Positions 31,642 through 43,932 of a DNA stretch of 43,932 nucleotides are shown piece by piece. The translations under genes and the position numbers were made by a program. The stretch comes from Ministeria vibrans ATCC 50519. Taxonomy: Eukaryota; Protista; Filasterea. Numbering within the stretch: position 1 is the stretch's first letter; every line of letters starts with the position of its first letter. The stretch spans positions 1 through 43,932 of the forward strand of contig CALSCP010002225.1 of assembly GCA_943704425.1 (NCBI GenBank), written 5' to 3'. Under the pieces are notes generated by a model. The model worked only from the letters and a program-made list of their open reading frames with translations, was not told the DNA's origin and did no database searches.

Positions 31642-31790
31642 ATGGGTGTCCCTCGTCTGTTCAAGTGGCTCGTAGAGCGGTAGGGCCCCCCAGCAGCCTG
31701 CAACGCCCTCTGGCTCTCTGACACGTCGCCTCTTTTCCAGTTATCCGCTCATTCTGAGAGGCGCTGCCGCCCAGCCCCGCCCTGAGTTTG
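31642..31790 (+). CDS. XRN1: XRN1-type 5'-3' exoribonuclease, first two exons only
   Basis: Exons 31642-31679 and 31741-31790 give MGVPRLFKWLVERYPLILRGAAAQPRPEF, matching XRN1 MGVPKFYRWISERYP...IPEFD. The expected DNLYLDMN exon is absent. Confidence 0.75.
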
Positions 31791-32264
31791 GTACGTGGTC
31801 CTCCGTGCGAGCGTCCCTCCGTTCCCCACCCCCTCAAGTCGCTCTGTTGCTGGACATAAGTGTCTTGCAAGTCCTTTTTTTTTTTTTTTTGTATTTTCCG
31901 TGACCGCTTTTTTTTTTCGTTTTTTCTCGCTCGTGACTGCCCTTTCCTGCACGCCTTCCGCGCTGTTTCTCAGGCGCACCTGTTAAATCAGTCATCCTCC
32001 ACGTGTATCGGCTGAGACCCTGCGCCGCTGGCCCCGTCTAACGCCGACGCTCCGCTTGCAGTGCTTTTCCCCCATTTTTGGACGAGACAATCTCATCCCT
32101 GCCGCTCCTTGCCGCCGTTCGCTCTGCCGCTTGCTATCGTGTGCCGCTTCCCTCCCCCGCTGCGCGCATTGCGAGGCCGCGTTTTCTTCAAAAACGTCTC
32201 TTTCAGGAGAAGTTAATGATAATAATATAAATTATAACATCTCTTTCTTTTTTTCTTTCTTTAG

Positions 32265-33375
32265 GCGACGGTAACAAGAAGGAGAGACGCAGATCGGAAA
32301 CAATGCAAAAGCGTCGCGTGCAAAGCTTGTGTGTTGAAACGCGACGGTTTCTTTTTTTTTTCTCTCTCTCTCTCTCTCTTGTGTTATTAGATTGGCGTTG
32401 ACTTTGCATTGAAAGTGATGAACTGGAACGACGACACAGTGGTCCGATTGCAGCTGTGGGATATCGCCGGTACGCACAGGAAGCACACACACACACACAC
32501 ACATACATACATACGAAACATGCAATAAGCACACTGAGCACTAGGCTCACGCTATGCATTAAACTAACATACAACCAAACTCACACACGTTTTTGCTTTG
32601 TACAGGTCAAGAGAGGTTTGGAAACATGACACGAGTGTACTACAAAGAGGCAGTTGGAGCTATCATTGTCTTTGATGTGACGCGCGTGAGCACTTTTGAA
32701 GCAGTCCAAAAGGTATAATTATAACAAATTTACCAACAACCCGTCATGATATTAATACTGATTGTATGGGGCTATAATAGTGGAAATATGATATTGATGC
32801 GAAAGTGACATTGGCGGATGGAGCGCCTATTCCCGTTGTGCTGCTTGCAAACAAGGTAACGAGTCAAAGACAGACTCACAACATCTATATTGAGTGTGAG
32901 AGAGTTGGCAAATTTGACGTTTCAGTGTACTTTTTGCGTGTGTCTCTTTGATCTCACATTCATTCACAGTCACCCCACCCACGCCAATGAGTGTTATTTT
33001 CTTCTCTTTTTGTGTCTGTCTTTCTATTTTGCGCTCATCACACAGTGCTTGTTCTGTAGTGTGATTTGGCCAAAGAGGGACTCGTCAAAAACACCGGCCA
33101 AATGGATAAGTTTTGCGAAGACAAGGGATTTGCCGGTCAGCACAAAACGCCAACACATATAACAGAGCGCGCTTTAACACGTATCGATTGACGTTTTAGG
33201 GTGGTTTGAGACTTCGGCCAAGGACAATATCAACATTGACAATGCCTGTCGCTTTCTCGTGGGCAAAATTCTGGACAATGAGAAGAGCAACCCGACAACG
33301 GAGACGCCTGAAGATGATCTGTTGGATCTGTCGAGGGGGCAGGTTGCAAAGCAGACAGGGGGGTGCTGCAGCTAA
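32265..33375 (+). CDS. RAB32: Rab32/38-subfamily GTPase lacking its 5' exons (P-loop)
   Basis: AT|IGVDFALKV...LQLWDIAG|QERFGNMTRVYYKEAVGA...LLANK|CDL...WFETSAKDNINI...GGCCS*. WDIAGQE is characteristic of Rab32/38/29. Confidence 0.9.
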
Positions 33376-33488
33376 GTGCGGGGTTGGGATCCACACAAAG
33401 AGAGAGTAAAAAGGTTGCTTTTACATTTCATTCAGAAGAATCAAAATTATTGAAGATCAGTCTGTTAGTGGCCATCACAGTTTTTCGC

Positions 33489-33811
33489 ATGGCCGTGTAT
33501 GTACAACGCTTCACTCAGTTAGTGCTCTTCTCGTTGATTACCCTGACAAATGCAGCCCTGTGGATCTCCTTCAGGTGGGCATGTGCACGTCGCGTCCCAC
33601 AACAAGTCAAACTGGCTAATTTCTCCCTTTTCAGTCCCATAGCTACAATCGTCGCAGATCGATACAACACTTCGCAGGACAATGTTAACCTCCTCTCCAT
33701 TGTCTACATGGCTATCTACATTCCTTTTGTGTGGCCAGCCGCTGTCGTTTCGCGCAAGGTAGAACGAACAATCTACTTATTTGGTTGTCGCTGTATCGCT
33801 GTCTCTCTCTC

Positions 33812-33867
<56 letters not shown>

Positions 33868-35188
33868 TCTTTCTCCTCTCTCTCTCTGTATCACTTCTTA
33901 CTCTATCACTTTCTCACTCTATCACTTTCTCTCTCAATCACTTTCTCACTCTCTTTCTCTCTAATTCTCTACCACTTTGTTTCTTTCTCGCTCTTCATGA
34001 TAGTCCTTACGTTGGGCCGCGATTGCAGGTGCCACTTTGACAAGTCTGGGGGCATGGATACGCTACGTGGGTGCTAAGCCAACGCTCTTTCCTGTGCTCA
34101 TGGTTGGTCAGTCGTTTGCGGCACTCGGCCAATGCTTCACTCTCGGCCTTCCTCCCTTTCTTGCCGGAATATGGTTTCCAGAGTCCGAACGAGCGATTGC
34201 CACCAGTGTTGGAGTACTTGCAAACCAACTGGGTACAGCACTGGGGTTCCTTGTGAGTGGTCAGACAGTACATTCGTCCGACGATTTGCCGCTCATGTTG
34301 CTTGGCGAGGCGGTCTTCTCCTCCGCCGTCGCCCTTGCTGTCATTCTGTTCTTCCGCGAGGCACCGCCCACACCCCCGTCGCACGCAAGTTCAGTGGTCA
34401 CAGACGAGCGCGGGGAACCCTTTTCCGTGTCACTGCGACAAATGGCGCACAACGGAGCCTTTGTGTTACTTCTCTTTTCCTACGCACTCGCTGTGGGAGT
34501 CTTCTACGCCATCAGCACACTCATTGCGGCAATTCTTCAGAACCGCTTTCCCGGTGAAGAGACCGCTTTTGGCTGGATAGGTTTCACACTGGTAGCAGCG
34601 GGTCTGCCTGCCTTAGTAATTGTAGGTGTGTTTTTGGCGCGCACAGGCGCGTACAAACACCTGACAATGGCGCTCTTTGTTCTCACTCTTCTCACGATGC
34701 TCTTCTTTGCCCTCTCTGCTGTGCGTCTTTCCCTTGTCTTTGCGTATGTCTCCTCCGCCCTTCTGGGTGCTTCGCTGACTGCGCTTTTGCCTGTTGGCTT
34801 TGAGTTTGCTGCAACCCTATCCTTTCCCGTCTCCGAGAGCACATCGGCGGCTGCGCTCAATTCCGCCGCCCAGATTGCTGGCATTGTGTTGATTTTTGCG
34901 TTGGAACAAGCAGCGGCGCCCGTCATTGTGTGGTCACTGCTGGGCACATTGGCAGTGGCCGCTGTACTGGCATTGCTTGTGCGCGAGCGCAAAGGTCGCG
35001 AAGAGGCGCTTGTAATTGGCGATGAAGATTTGGCGCACCGTAGTGCTAGTGGTGGGAAGAAAAAAGATGATAGTGATGGGCGCACTGTTGATGAGCCGAT
35101 GGACGACGCGATTGGGAGTCGTGAGGGGAGTAATGTAATGGATGATGACGACGATCGCACAACTCTGCTCACGCGAAGAGAAGTGTAA
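33489..35188 (+). CDS. MFS transporter, SLC49 (FLVCR/DIRC2)-like
   Basis: Multiple TM helices; WISFSP, LGAWIRY, GQSFAALGQ, WFPESERAIATSVGVLANQLG and PPTPPS. Confidence 0.88.
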
Positions 35189-35323
35189 TGTTGTGAAAGA
35201 CGAAGAGTGTACCAAAATGAAAGCAATACCAATAGTATATAGACCGTTTTTTGATTTTTGTTGTAAAAAAAATCAACAATAATATTAATAAATTTATTAT
35301 TATTATCAATTTTTCATTGTTTT

Positions 35324-37864
35324 TCATTTAAACTGCTTGTATTGCAGGAACGCACTGATGTTGTCAATGACCCCTCGCAAGCGCAGTCGCACCTCTCGCG
35401 CTGCTCTGCGTTTCCCTACTTTCTGGACCTATTCATACAGGATGATAATTTAGTATGCGATATAACTCTCTCTCTCTCTATCTCTATCTCTCTCGTTATG
35501 TTGTGTGTACAAGCAAGTGAAAGTGCGGAAGCAACTGCGCAATGTGAGCAATTGTGTCGTGTTCGTTGGGGATATCGTCACGGCCATACACATCAAAGAG
35601 CGCTGACATGGCCTCACACGCAATCTCAGCGTGGGATTCGCCCGCACAGCTCAACAGTGATTGAGTAATGGACTACACAAAACAGATATAATGAGACGTA
35701 TGGATTTATATTACGCTTCTTGTTGATTTACGGTTCGGCACTGCGTAAACAGTGGATCGCTTTGGCCACAAAGTCCGACAAGAGTACAGGCATTCTCACG
35801 AGCATGGGGCCCAATCAGAGGCACTGATCCTCCACAGATCACAGAGAGTGCTTCCACTTGACTTGCGAGAGGTGTCACCTGACAAACAAACAAAAAAGAA
35901 AACGCACAAACCCCACACAAAGACGTTAGTGCAATCGATCTCTGATTTTCTCTCCTTTCATTACAAGTTTGGTAGAGAGCACAGCACAAAGAGCACTTGT
36001 CACCGCGTCAAAGTACTCCTCCGAGACAGCTGTCTGGCGCTCACCCAACGCAAAGAGGGCCGTCCATAGCTGCTCAAGGACCACTCCATGCTCAGCGAGC
36101 ACTTCCACCGCACTTGCACTCCCTTCAAACCCACTCAGAAGCGCAGCAATGGCCGCCAATGCTCGCTCCTGCACCACACGTGTCCCGTTCAGCAGACGTG
36201 TACCCTGTTCGCCACTGCCCACCAATGCCCCTTCCAGCTCCCCCGCCAGCCCCATACTCCTTGCAATAATCTACCAGTAATACACCAAAACATCATCAGT
36301 CACACAACGCCTTTTTCTTCTCCTTCTCCTTCCTTCTCGACACGTACAATGGACAAAATGTGCTGGGGCAAAAGCAACGCAAGAGTGGCCAGTGCAGCAG
36401 AGCGCTGCTGGGCCTCCTCTGTCTCGTCATCGTCATTATCGATCCACTCTGTGTCATCGGCCTCCCCTTCTGTTGTTTCTGCTGCTGTTGCTGCTGCTTC
36501 GGTTTCGTCGGAGACGGGCACTCCGTCCGAAACCATATTACATATGAGCTCAAGAAGTGTCTTCTGTGCCTCCATCACACCCAGTGCCGCATCAACCAGT
36601 GAAGGGACTGCCTCCGTCGCTTCCGTTGCTACTGTAATTCCTTCAATGGCTCTCTGTGCTGCCTCGGTATCCGACAGTGTGTGAGCCACTGACTGCAAGA
36701 CACACTCTGTGCCGCTCAAATGAACCTCGCGCGACACTGCGCCTCCACAGCCCATCAGCACTCCATACACCACCACTAAAAAGTAGTAAAACAAATAAAA
36801 TAATTATTATTATTATTAAATAAAAAAAATTAATAGTATAATAATAATAATAATAATAATAAATCAAAGCGTTAGGGTAGGACTGTTCGAGTTTGTGTTT
36901 CTGGGCGCTCTGACCCACACAAAAAAAAAGTATTACCGCAAATGTTGGCACGAAGGAGAACTTGAGTGGACTCGGTCGAGAGAAGATGAAGCAGCGGTGA
37001 CAAGAGTGCGTCGGGATTGTTGGCCATGCACGAGCACATGGCGGGGTTGCGATCACAGATGACAGAGAGACATTGTGAGGCAGCGAGTGCTAGAGAGGCG
37101 GGAAAAAGGTCGGCGGAGGCACAGGCGCACGCGACGAGCGTTTGCGCGGCAGCTTCGCCCACAGCATTGACTTGGGCCACGGTCGCCGGGTCGTTCTCAC
37201 AGAGTGTCCACAGTAGCACAAGTGCATGTTCAATGGCACTGGCGTGCACTTCGCGATCATCCACGTCGGTGTGGCTCGCGGCACTCGCCACAGTCGCAAG
37301 CACCGGCATGACAATGGTAGAAAAGGCATCACGCTGCACCAGCATGGTCCAGGCGCCGTCGTCGTCGCCGCCGCTGCCCTCGTGAGTCAGCACAAAGTTG
37401 CGCAGGGCACCCAATGCCTCGGCACGGATGCGCGTGTTGACGTCGCTGGCGGCAGTGCGAACGAGAATGTCGAGTGCCTCGGGACCACACGCGACAAGTT
37501 GCGCTGTCGCTTCCCGCGTCTGCAAAATCAACGCAAGCGACGCCACACTATACTCGCGTGCCCCTTCATCAATGGCATCGTCACTCGAGGGGCCTTTGGC
37601 AAGGGCGCCAATCAGATCGGCGACTTGCAGTGAGCTTGTTTCCACAACGACGTCGTCGACTTGGTCGTGTGCTGCTGCTGCTGCTGCTGCGGCTGCTGCG
37701 GCTGCTGTCGACGCTGCCGATGCCGATGCAAAAGCAGCCGATGCAGTGGGCACGTTGCGTTTCTTTCCGACCCGCTGGAGGCGAGAGGAGAGAGGAGAGA
37801 GAGGAGAGCGTGGGGTGTTGGTGGGGCGATCAGACAAGAACGTGACACCTACCGGCTTTCCCAT
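35324..37864 (-). CDS. HEATR3: HEATR3/Syo1 (symportin)-like ARM/HEAT protein, multi-exon
   Basis: Basic start MGKP|RVGKKR, EALGALRN, LLWTLCEN, ALELICNM-like segment followed by an acidic loop, and C-terminal IDNISAFLQYK. Confidence 0.7.
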
Positions 37865-38067
37865 TGTAGATGCTGGCGCTCAAACCCCCTCCTGTGTGCA
37901 AACTGCAGCTAGTAGTTTGTCGTTTTTTGCAACGTGTGCGTGAACGACGAGAAGAAAGAAAAGAAAGTGATACGAATTACGATCAGGAGTCATTTATTCT
38001 ATCTTCAAAACTATACAAAACAATTAATTATTAACAAAAATCAAAATAATCACGCTCTACTTTCCGT

Positions 38068-39186
38068 ATGTCATACAGTTCAAGAGTGCCCAGTGCTGCA
38101 AGTAGCGCAGCAGGAGATCGATCAGGTAAAATGTGAGTGAATGCTTTAAATGTCACTCAGCACATCCTTCGTCGTTGGTCGTTCCGTAACTCAATCAACT
38201 TTAAACCCGTCCTTTAATCTTTATCACACGCGCGTGTCCTCAATCGATTCGTTGGAGATTCCATCAAAGCTATTTGATTATGTTGCCATGACGATGCGAT
38301 TTTTATAATGTTTTTCTCTTCGATCTCTCCTCTGCTCTCAGGCAAGAGAACTCTGGTAAAGCGACTCTCGATCACCAGTCTCACGGCCAAACCATTGGAC
38401 TACTCGTTTCTCGAACTCAAATGCTTTTCAGGTAGCCAAGTCAACACAAACACAAACACTAGCAAGGCACTAAAATCCCCTGGCTGGACAGACTTGGCCG
38501 ACGCAACGCCCCGCAGCGGCATCCGGCGTCCTCGCGAGAACGACGACGACGCCGCTGCCGCCGCTGGTGATGACGATGACAACGACGACAACAGAAGTGA
38601 AAGAACAGCAAAGACCCCGGCGGAGGAGGGTGCTCCTCCGCAGAGACTGATGAGCAGAAGAGGCAGCATTTCAAACCGAAGTGTTGGGAAGACATTTGCG
38701 CTCCGTGTCAATAACAATCATATTGCCTCGTGGATGGGTCTTGTGCCTACCGTTGCGGCTCTCTTTTCCAGTGTCTCTGATCTTGTGTCGCTTGATCTGT
38801 CCTTTAACAAACTCGCCACAGTAGACGTAGAGGTAGGAGAAAGAAGGATGTGATTCGTGTGATCATTTCCCATCATTTTGTTCCCGTAGGCACTTTGCAC
38901 TCTGACAAGCCTGCTCTCGCTGCATCTACACGGAAACAAGATAGAAAGCCTCAAGAGTGTTCTTGAGCTGGGCCAGCTTGCGCAACTGAGGTCACTCTCC
39001 GTGCACGGCAATCCCTTTTGCGAGACGGACAAGCACTACCGATCCGCTCTGCTTGCCGCAGTCACGCCACAGCTGCGTCAACTCGACTTTTCCACAGTGA
39101 CTCCCAATGAACGTACGGCTGCCGAGTTGCTTCGCGAGAGGCAAGATGAGGCCAAGAAGAGAAAGGCGCTTAGAGAACGAGAATGA
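38068..39186 (+). CDS. LRRC51: LRRC51-like leucine-rich repeat protein
   Basis: PLDYSF, LRVNNN, LDLSFNKL, LHLHGNKI, LSVHGNPF...YR...LDFSTVT match LRRC51. Confidence 0.8.
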
Positions 39187-39529
39187 ATGTGAAATTGAGT
39201 CAATAAAATAGTGTTACTTTTATATTAATCATTAGCATTATTATTTATTATACAGCCTTTGGTATATGGGTCACTGTCATATGTATATACGTATGTATTG
39301 TGTAGCTGACGTCAATCGTGTTGCTTGTGTGGCTATCAGGCAACCTATTTGCCATTACCCCGCTCATTTGGCTACCTTCACTTCTTATCTGGCTCTTCGA
39401 ATTCGCTCTGTAAAAAAAAGCATGATAATATTAATAATTATTATTATTCAACAACTAAATTTCTAAAATAATTAACCTTCTCTGCTTTTTACCATTTTAT
39501 CACCACCTTCCTCCCACAGTATACTTAGT

Positions 39530-41121
39530 ATGCGCAAGATTGCTGCGGGTGTAGTGGCGCTGGCAGTCGTTGCGGTGCTGCTTGTGAGCATGCGAAGTTC
39601 TTCGGGCGACGCAACCGACGCTCTGGACGCCAGCGAGGCCCGCTCGCCGCGCGTTGACGGAAGCACCTTTGTCCAGCAGCTCGATCTCAAAGCAGAAGCG
39701 GCGCGTCTGCGGCACCTCTACTTGATGTCGATCAAAAAGAGCATTCGAAACTTTCTCTATCGCGGTCCGACCTACTCGATTGAGTACTTTGCCGCCGACA
39801 GCCCCTTCTCGCAGCCCGGCAACGTAAGGCGCACACACACACGCATGCGCATGTGGGTCGTCTTCTCTGTGTGGCTGTGGCGGTGTCTGTTTTCGTCGAC
39901 ACGTCCTTTTTTTGCTCTGCAGCAAAAGTGCTGTGAGAGTTTGGCTTTGGGGGATTTTGCAGTGCAATGACTCTGTTTATTGACGCACGCCGATGTATAG
40001 GAGGACGCGTACAAGGAATGGACCGCCGATTACATGTACAAGTATGAGAGTCACTCTCTTGCGTGTCACAACTGGTAAGTGATTTGATTGACTTTTTTGT
40101 GTTTTGATGCCATGATTCTCTCCACAGTATCGAGTTGACGCAAAGAATCATTGAGAGCATTCTTGAGAGCGACATACCCGGTGACGTGGCCGAGCTGGGT
40201 GTATTCAGAGGTGTGTGTGTCTTTGTGGTGTGTATGTGTGTGTGTGCCTTTGTGTGTCTTTGTGATGTGTGTGTCTTTGTAATGTGTGTGTCTTTGTAAT
40301 GTGTGTGTCTTTGTGATGTGTGTGTCTTTGTGATGATGTGTGTGTCTTTGTAATGTGTGTGTCTTTGTGATGTGTGTGTCTTTGTGATGTGTGTGTTTTT
40401 GTAGTGCGTGTGTCTTTGTGATGTGTGTACAAGCGTTGAGCGTTGTGTGTCGATGTGTATGTGAGTGCTTATAAGATTTTATGTCTGTTCGTTTAGGCGG
40501 CATGTCGGTGTGGATGAAGGCGTTGCTGACGGCGCACGGCGACAAGAAGCGTCGCGTGTGGCTCTTTGACACATATGCGGGTATTCCCAAGTCGGTGAAG
40601 AAGAGCTCATCGTCGGAGGAGGTCGACAACTGGAGCAATCGTCACATGGCAACCAAAAACCAAGTGAGATCCGTCTTTATGCGCTACGGTCTGCTCGACA
40701 CCAACGTCAAGTTTGTCCGCGGCACCTTTCATGATACGCTCTCCACTCAAGCGCCCCGCAAGTACTCCCTTATCCGCTTTGACGGCGATACCTACGAGTC
40801 TACCGTGGATGCCCTTGAGCTTGCCTACAGTCGCTTGGCGTACCAAAACAAAACAAAGCACTATTTGAGTGTGCTCTGCTCATTATTATTATTTTTCTCT
40901 CCATTTACAGAGATGGTGGATATTTTATTGTTGACGATTGGCACTTGGCCGGGTGTCGTCAGGCCATTCTTGAGTATCGAGGTAAGACCAATACGTACAT
41001 AAAAAATGAAAATTAACATTATTATATTAATTATTTATGTTGTTGCAGCGAAATTCAAGATTGACGACAAAATCATTCAAGGTAAGAACTACAGTGAATA
41101 CGCTACAATACTAATTGCCGT

Positions 41122-41163
<42 letters not shown>

Positions 41164-41463
41164 ATGTAGTGCAAGGAGGAGGGCAGTGGAGAGAGAAGCT
41201 CAAGAATGGTAAAGAGAGAGTGACAACAACAACAATGATTAAAATAATACTATAATTAATACTGTGCTTTGTTTTGCATAGCGTTCTGGAAGAAGGGCAG
41301 TGGACCTGACTACAAGGGCTTTCCTGAATGGCCAGCACAAGTATTTGTGGATGAACCCACGAGCGAGGCGGCGGGGAGTGGCTCTGGGAGTGGAACGAGC
41401 GCAGACAGTCGAAAGAGTGTTGCACGTTCAGTGACTGAGAAGAGCGCACTCACAAAAACTTAA
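39530..41463 (+). CDS. TylF/MycF/NovP-family O-methyltransferase with an N-terminal signal anchor, multi-exon
   Basis: IPGDVAELGVFRGG, VWLFDTYAGIP, FVRGTFHDTL, IRFDGDTYEST and GGYFIVDDW...CRQAI. Confidence 0.88.
40211..40428. repeat. Intronic minisatellite, ~18-19 bp unit GTGTGTGTCTTTGT(G/A)AT
   Basis: About 10 visible tandem copies. Confidence 0.9.
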
Positions 41464-41593
41464 ATAGATATTATAATAATACTACATTCTATCCCCTATC
41501 ACCTATGAGAAATAAGCTTTTAAGAGTTGAGACCCCTAACAACTATATAATTATATTAAATGATTAAAATATTTATTTTTCACACATTTTGAA

Positions 41594-42885
41594 ATGCAGT
41601 TTGAGGAAGCAGTTTCGTGTGTCTCAGAAGGCGGTGTTGAGATTCACGAGCAGTCTATCTTGCTGCGCGTGTACGCTCTTTACAAGCAGGTACCAATGGA
41701 GTAAAGTCGAAACAGCGACACGAAACTCACACGTATGCGCTTAGGCAACACAAGGACGCTGCAACACTGCGCGACCCAGTCTGCTCAATGTTGCAGCGTC
41801 GAGCAAGTGGGCTGCGTGGCGCGAGCTGGGCGACATGGACAGTGCAACGGCCAAAGCGGACTACATCAAGATTGTGCAAGGCACGTCTCTGCTTCTCTCT
41901 CTCCCTCGCTTCCTCTCACACCTCACACCCCCACACCCCCCACACCTGCACGTGTAGAGCACCGAAAGAGCCCATTGGCAGCCGAGAACGGCGGCGACCA
42001 GAGCACGACAAGCAAGAGCAAAGGCGACCCGCGCGACATGACTTCGTTTGCTGTCACCAGCCGTCTCGAAGCGCCCGTCGAAGAGACTGTTGCCGACTCA
42101 AACAAAACTGTTTTCGACTGGTGTCGCGATGGAAATGTCGAGCGGGTGCGACAGATTCTGCTTACGACCGGAATGGCGGCGAACGCGGTCGAGGAAGACT
42201 CGAATGGCATGACGCTGTTGCACTGGGCATCCGATCGAGGGGATCTCGACATGGTACGGTGTTTACTCAGCGTACAGTGTTCCGTGGACGCCACCGATGA
42301 CGACCAGTACACTCCACTTCATCACGGTGAGTCACATTGTGTGGTAGTATGTGAGCAACTAAGTTCCTTTTGCGTGCAGCTGCTTTGGGTGACCATACTG
42401 AAGTGGTGGCTCTTCTGATCGCTGCTGGAGCCCCGCTGGACGCGCGTAACAGCGAAGGACTGCGTCCGGCTGACTTGACAGAGAGTGTGGCAGTGCAGGC
42501 GGTGCTCAAGGGCGAGCCGATTCCAGAGAGTGCCACGCGAGCGCAACGCACGAGCCACTATGAGCAAAGAGTGCGTGACGACAGTGCCGACTGGGAGGGC
42601 ATCTCTGACCTCGACGACGACGACGACGAAAACAGCAACGAAGTACCTTGTGCTCAAAGCAGAGCAAAGCAATCGCACAGGAAGGAAAGCAACGACGGAG
42701 ACGACGAAGCGCACAACAGACAAGAGGGACTGAGAAAGAGACACACCAACCCGACTAGCACCACGAGTAGTAGTAGTAGTCCGCTCGACACTTCCGCGCT
42801 CCCACATTCACCCCTCCCACGCCCATTCCTTGTGCTCTTCTGTTGTGCCATTATCCTTCTCGCTTATGTCTTCCTTCAACTGTAA
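41594..42885 (+). CDS. ACBD6-like acyl-CoA-binding plus ankyrin protein with a C-terminal TM tail
   Basis: LRVYALYKQ|ATQG...KWAAWRELGDM...YI (ACBP domain); GMTLLHWASDRG and TPLHH|AALGDH (ANK repeats); terminal hydrophobic helix. Confidence 0.85.
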
Positions 42886-42911
42886 ACCGTTTATTTTGAT
42901 TTGGATTTTTG

Positions 42912-43506
42912 TCACTTGTGCTTCTTTCCGCGCTTTCGTGTCGAGGGCGCACTGTCTTCCTCTTCTCCTCCTTCTTCCTCGTCGCCTCTCTTGCGCTTTT
43001 GCAGTGCCCGTTTTTCCTGCCAGTGCGGCACTTTCTTTTCTTGTTTCCGCTTCGGCTCCTGCTTGAACAAATCTGAAATGGAGACAACAAGTGAGAATGG
43101 AGAAGGTCATGGACAAGTTGAGCTCAGAGATTGAAAGAGCCAGAGAGAGAGAAAAAAAATGTAGAAACGCAAAAGGGGAAACACGCAAAGTCAGAGGAGG
43201 CAAGAGAGCAACCGCACAAAGTTTAAGAGTGCGCACACAAAGTGGGGGATACCACAAAAACACCATCTAAATGAGTTTCTCCTGACCTGGCTCGGGCTCT
43301 TCGCCCACCTCCTGCCGGTAGTACTCTGCGTCGTCGTCCTCCTCTACCTCTCCGTCACTCTCGTCCGTTCGCAGCCCCTTCCGTCGACACTTATCCCGAT
43401 GTTTTGCCTTCTCTGCCTTTTTCCGTCGCACATTCTCCTCCTGAATGCGCTTCCGCTCTTCTTTGGCCTTTTCGCTCGACTGTTTCCGTCGCTGAAGTGC
43501 TTCAAT
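42912..43506 (-). CDS. Last exons of an unidentified Lys/Glu/Arg-rich protein; 5' part lies outside the window
   Basis: Exons 43506-43287 and 43072-42912 splice in frame: ...DAEYYRQEVGEEPEP|DLFKQEPKRK...KRGKKHK*. Confidence 0.65.
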
Positions 43507-43619
43507 CTAAACATATAGAACGGATGAAGACCAACTCACACATGTATGCATGTATGTATGTATGTATGTATATATATAATGCAAAACGGATTGAGACAAA
43601 TTCACACACAAACACATCT

Positions 43620-43882
43620 GTCACTTTGTTCTTTCTCCCTCCTTTCTCTCTCTATCACTTTATTTCTTTTTCCCTCCTTTCTCTCTCTCTATCACTTTTT
43701 TCTTTTCCCTCCTTTCTCTCCCTCCTTTTTTCTTTTCCCCCCTCTCTCTCTCTATCACTTTTTTCTTTTTCCCTCCTTTCTCTCTCTCTATCACTTTTTT
43801 TCTTTTTCCCTCCTTTCTCTCTCTCTATCACTTTTTTCTTTTTCCCTCCTTTCTCTCTCTCTATCACTTTTTTTCTTTTTCC

Positions 43883-43932
<50 letters not shown>
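43620..43932. repeat. Pyrimidine-rich ~35-bp tandem repeat ending in (CT)n
   Basis: TTTTCCCTCCTTTCTCTCTCTCTATCACTTTTT recurs several times. Confidence 0.9.

Noticed and set aside
40066-40638. His/Thr/Lys-repeat ORFs on the minus strand
   Set aside because: They are antisense translations of the intronic minisatellite.

Overview
Compact, intron-rich eukaryotic nuclear DNA with about 22 protein-coding genes or gene fragments, mostly 50-300 nt GT-AG introns, many microsatellites and very short intergenic gaps. Identifications come from remembered family motifs and manual splicing; no database search was run. Gene content (EMRE, TMEM11, DAZAP2, AKAP10-like, RAB32/38, LRRC51, a Tyr-motif-rich PH/SH2-like adaptor) suggests a flagellated unicellular holozoan or similar opisthokont (inference). 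The top finding is a 3-exon, signal-peptide-bearing YHS-domain gene on the minus strand (13809-14489). Its family Cys motif YGGYCxW is written YGGY-TGA-SW, homology continues in frame past the TGA, and a type-II SECIS-like hairpin lies about 140 nt downstream (13615-13672). It is therefore a probable secreted eukaryotic YHS selenoprotein. Also notable are a receptor-like PARP (signal peptide, EGF-like, TM, H-Y-E ADP-ribosyltransferase domain), a PH plus divergent Rab-like protein, several bacterial-type intron-containing enzymes, a degenerate ~39-bp array in a TMEM11 intron, and truncated genes at two homopolymer-associated sites (CDC73; XRN1 5' end beside RAB32 3' end), which are probably assembly breaks.
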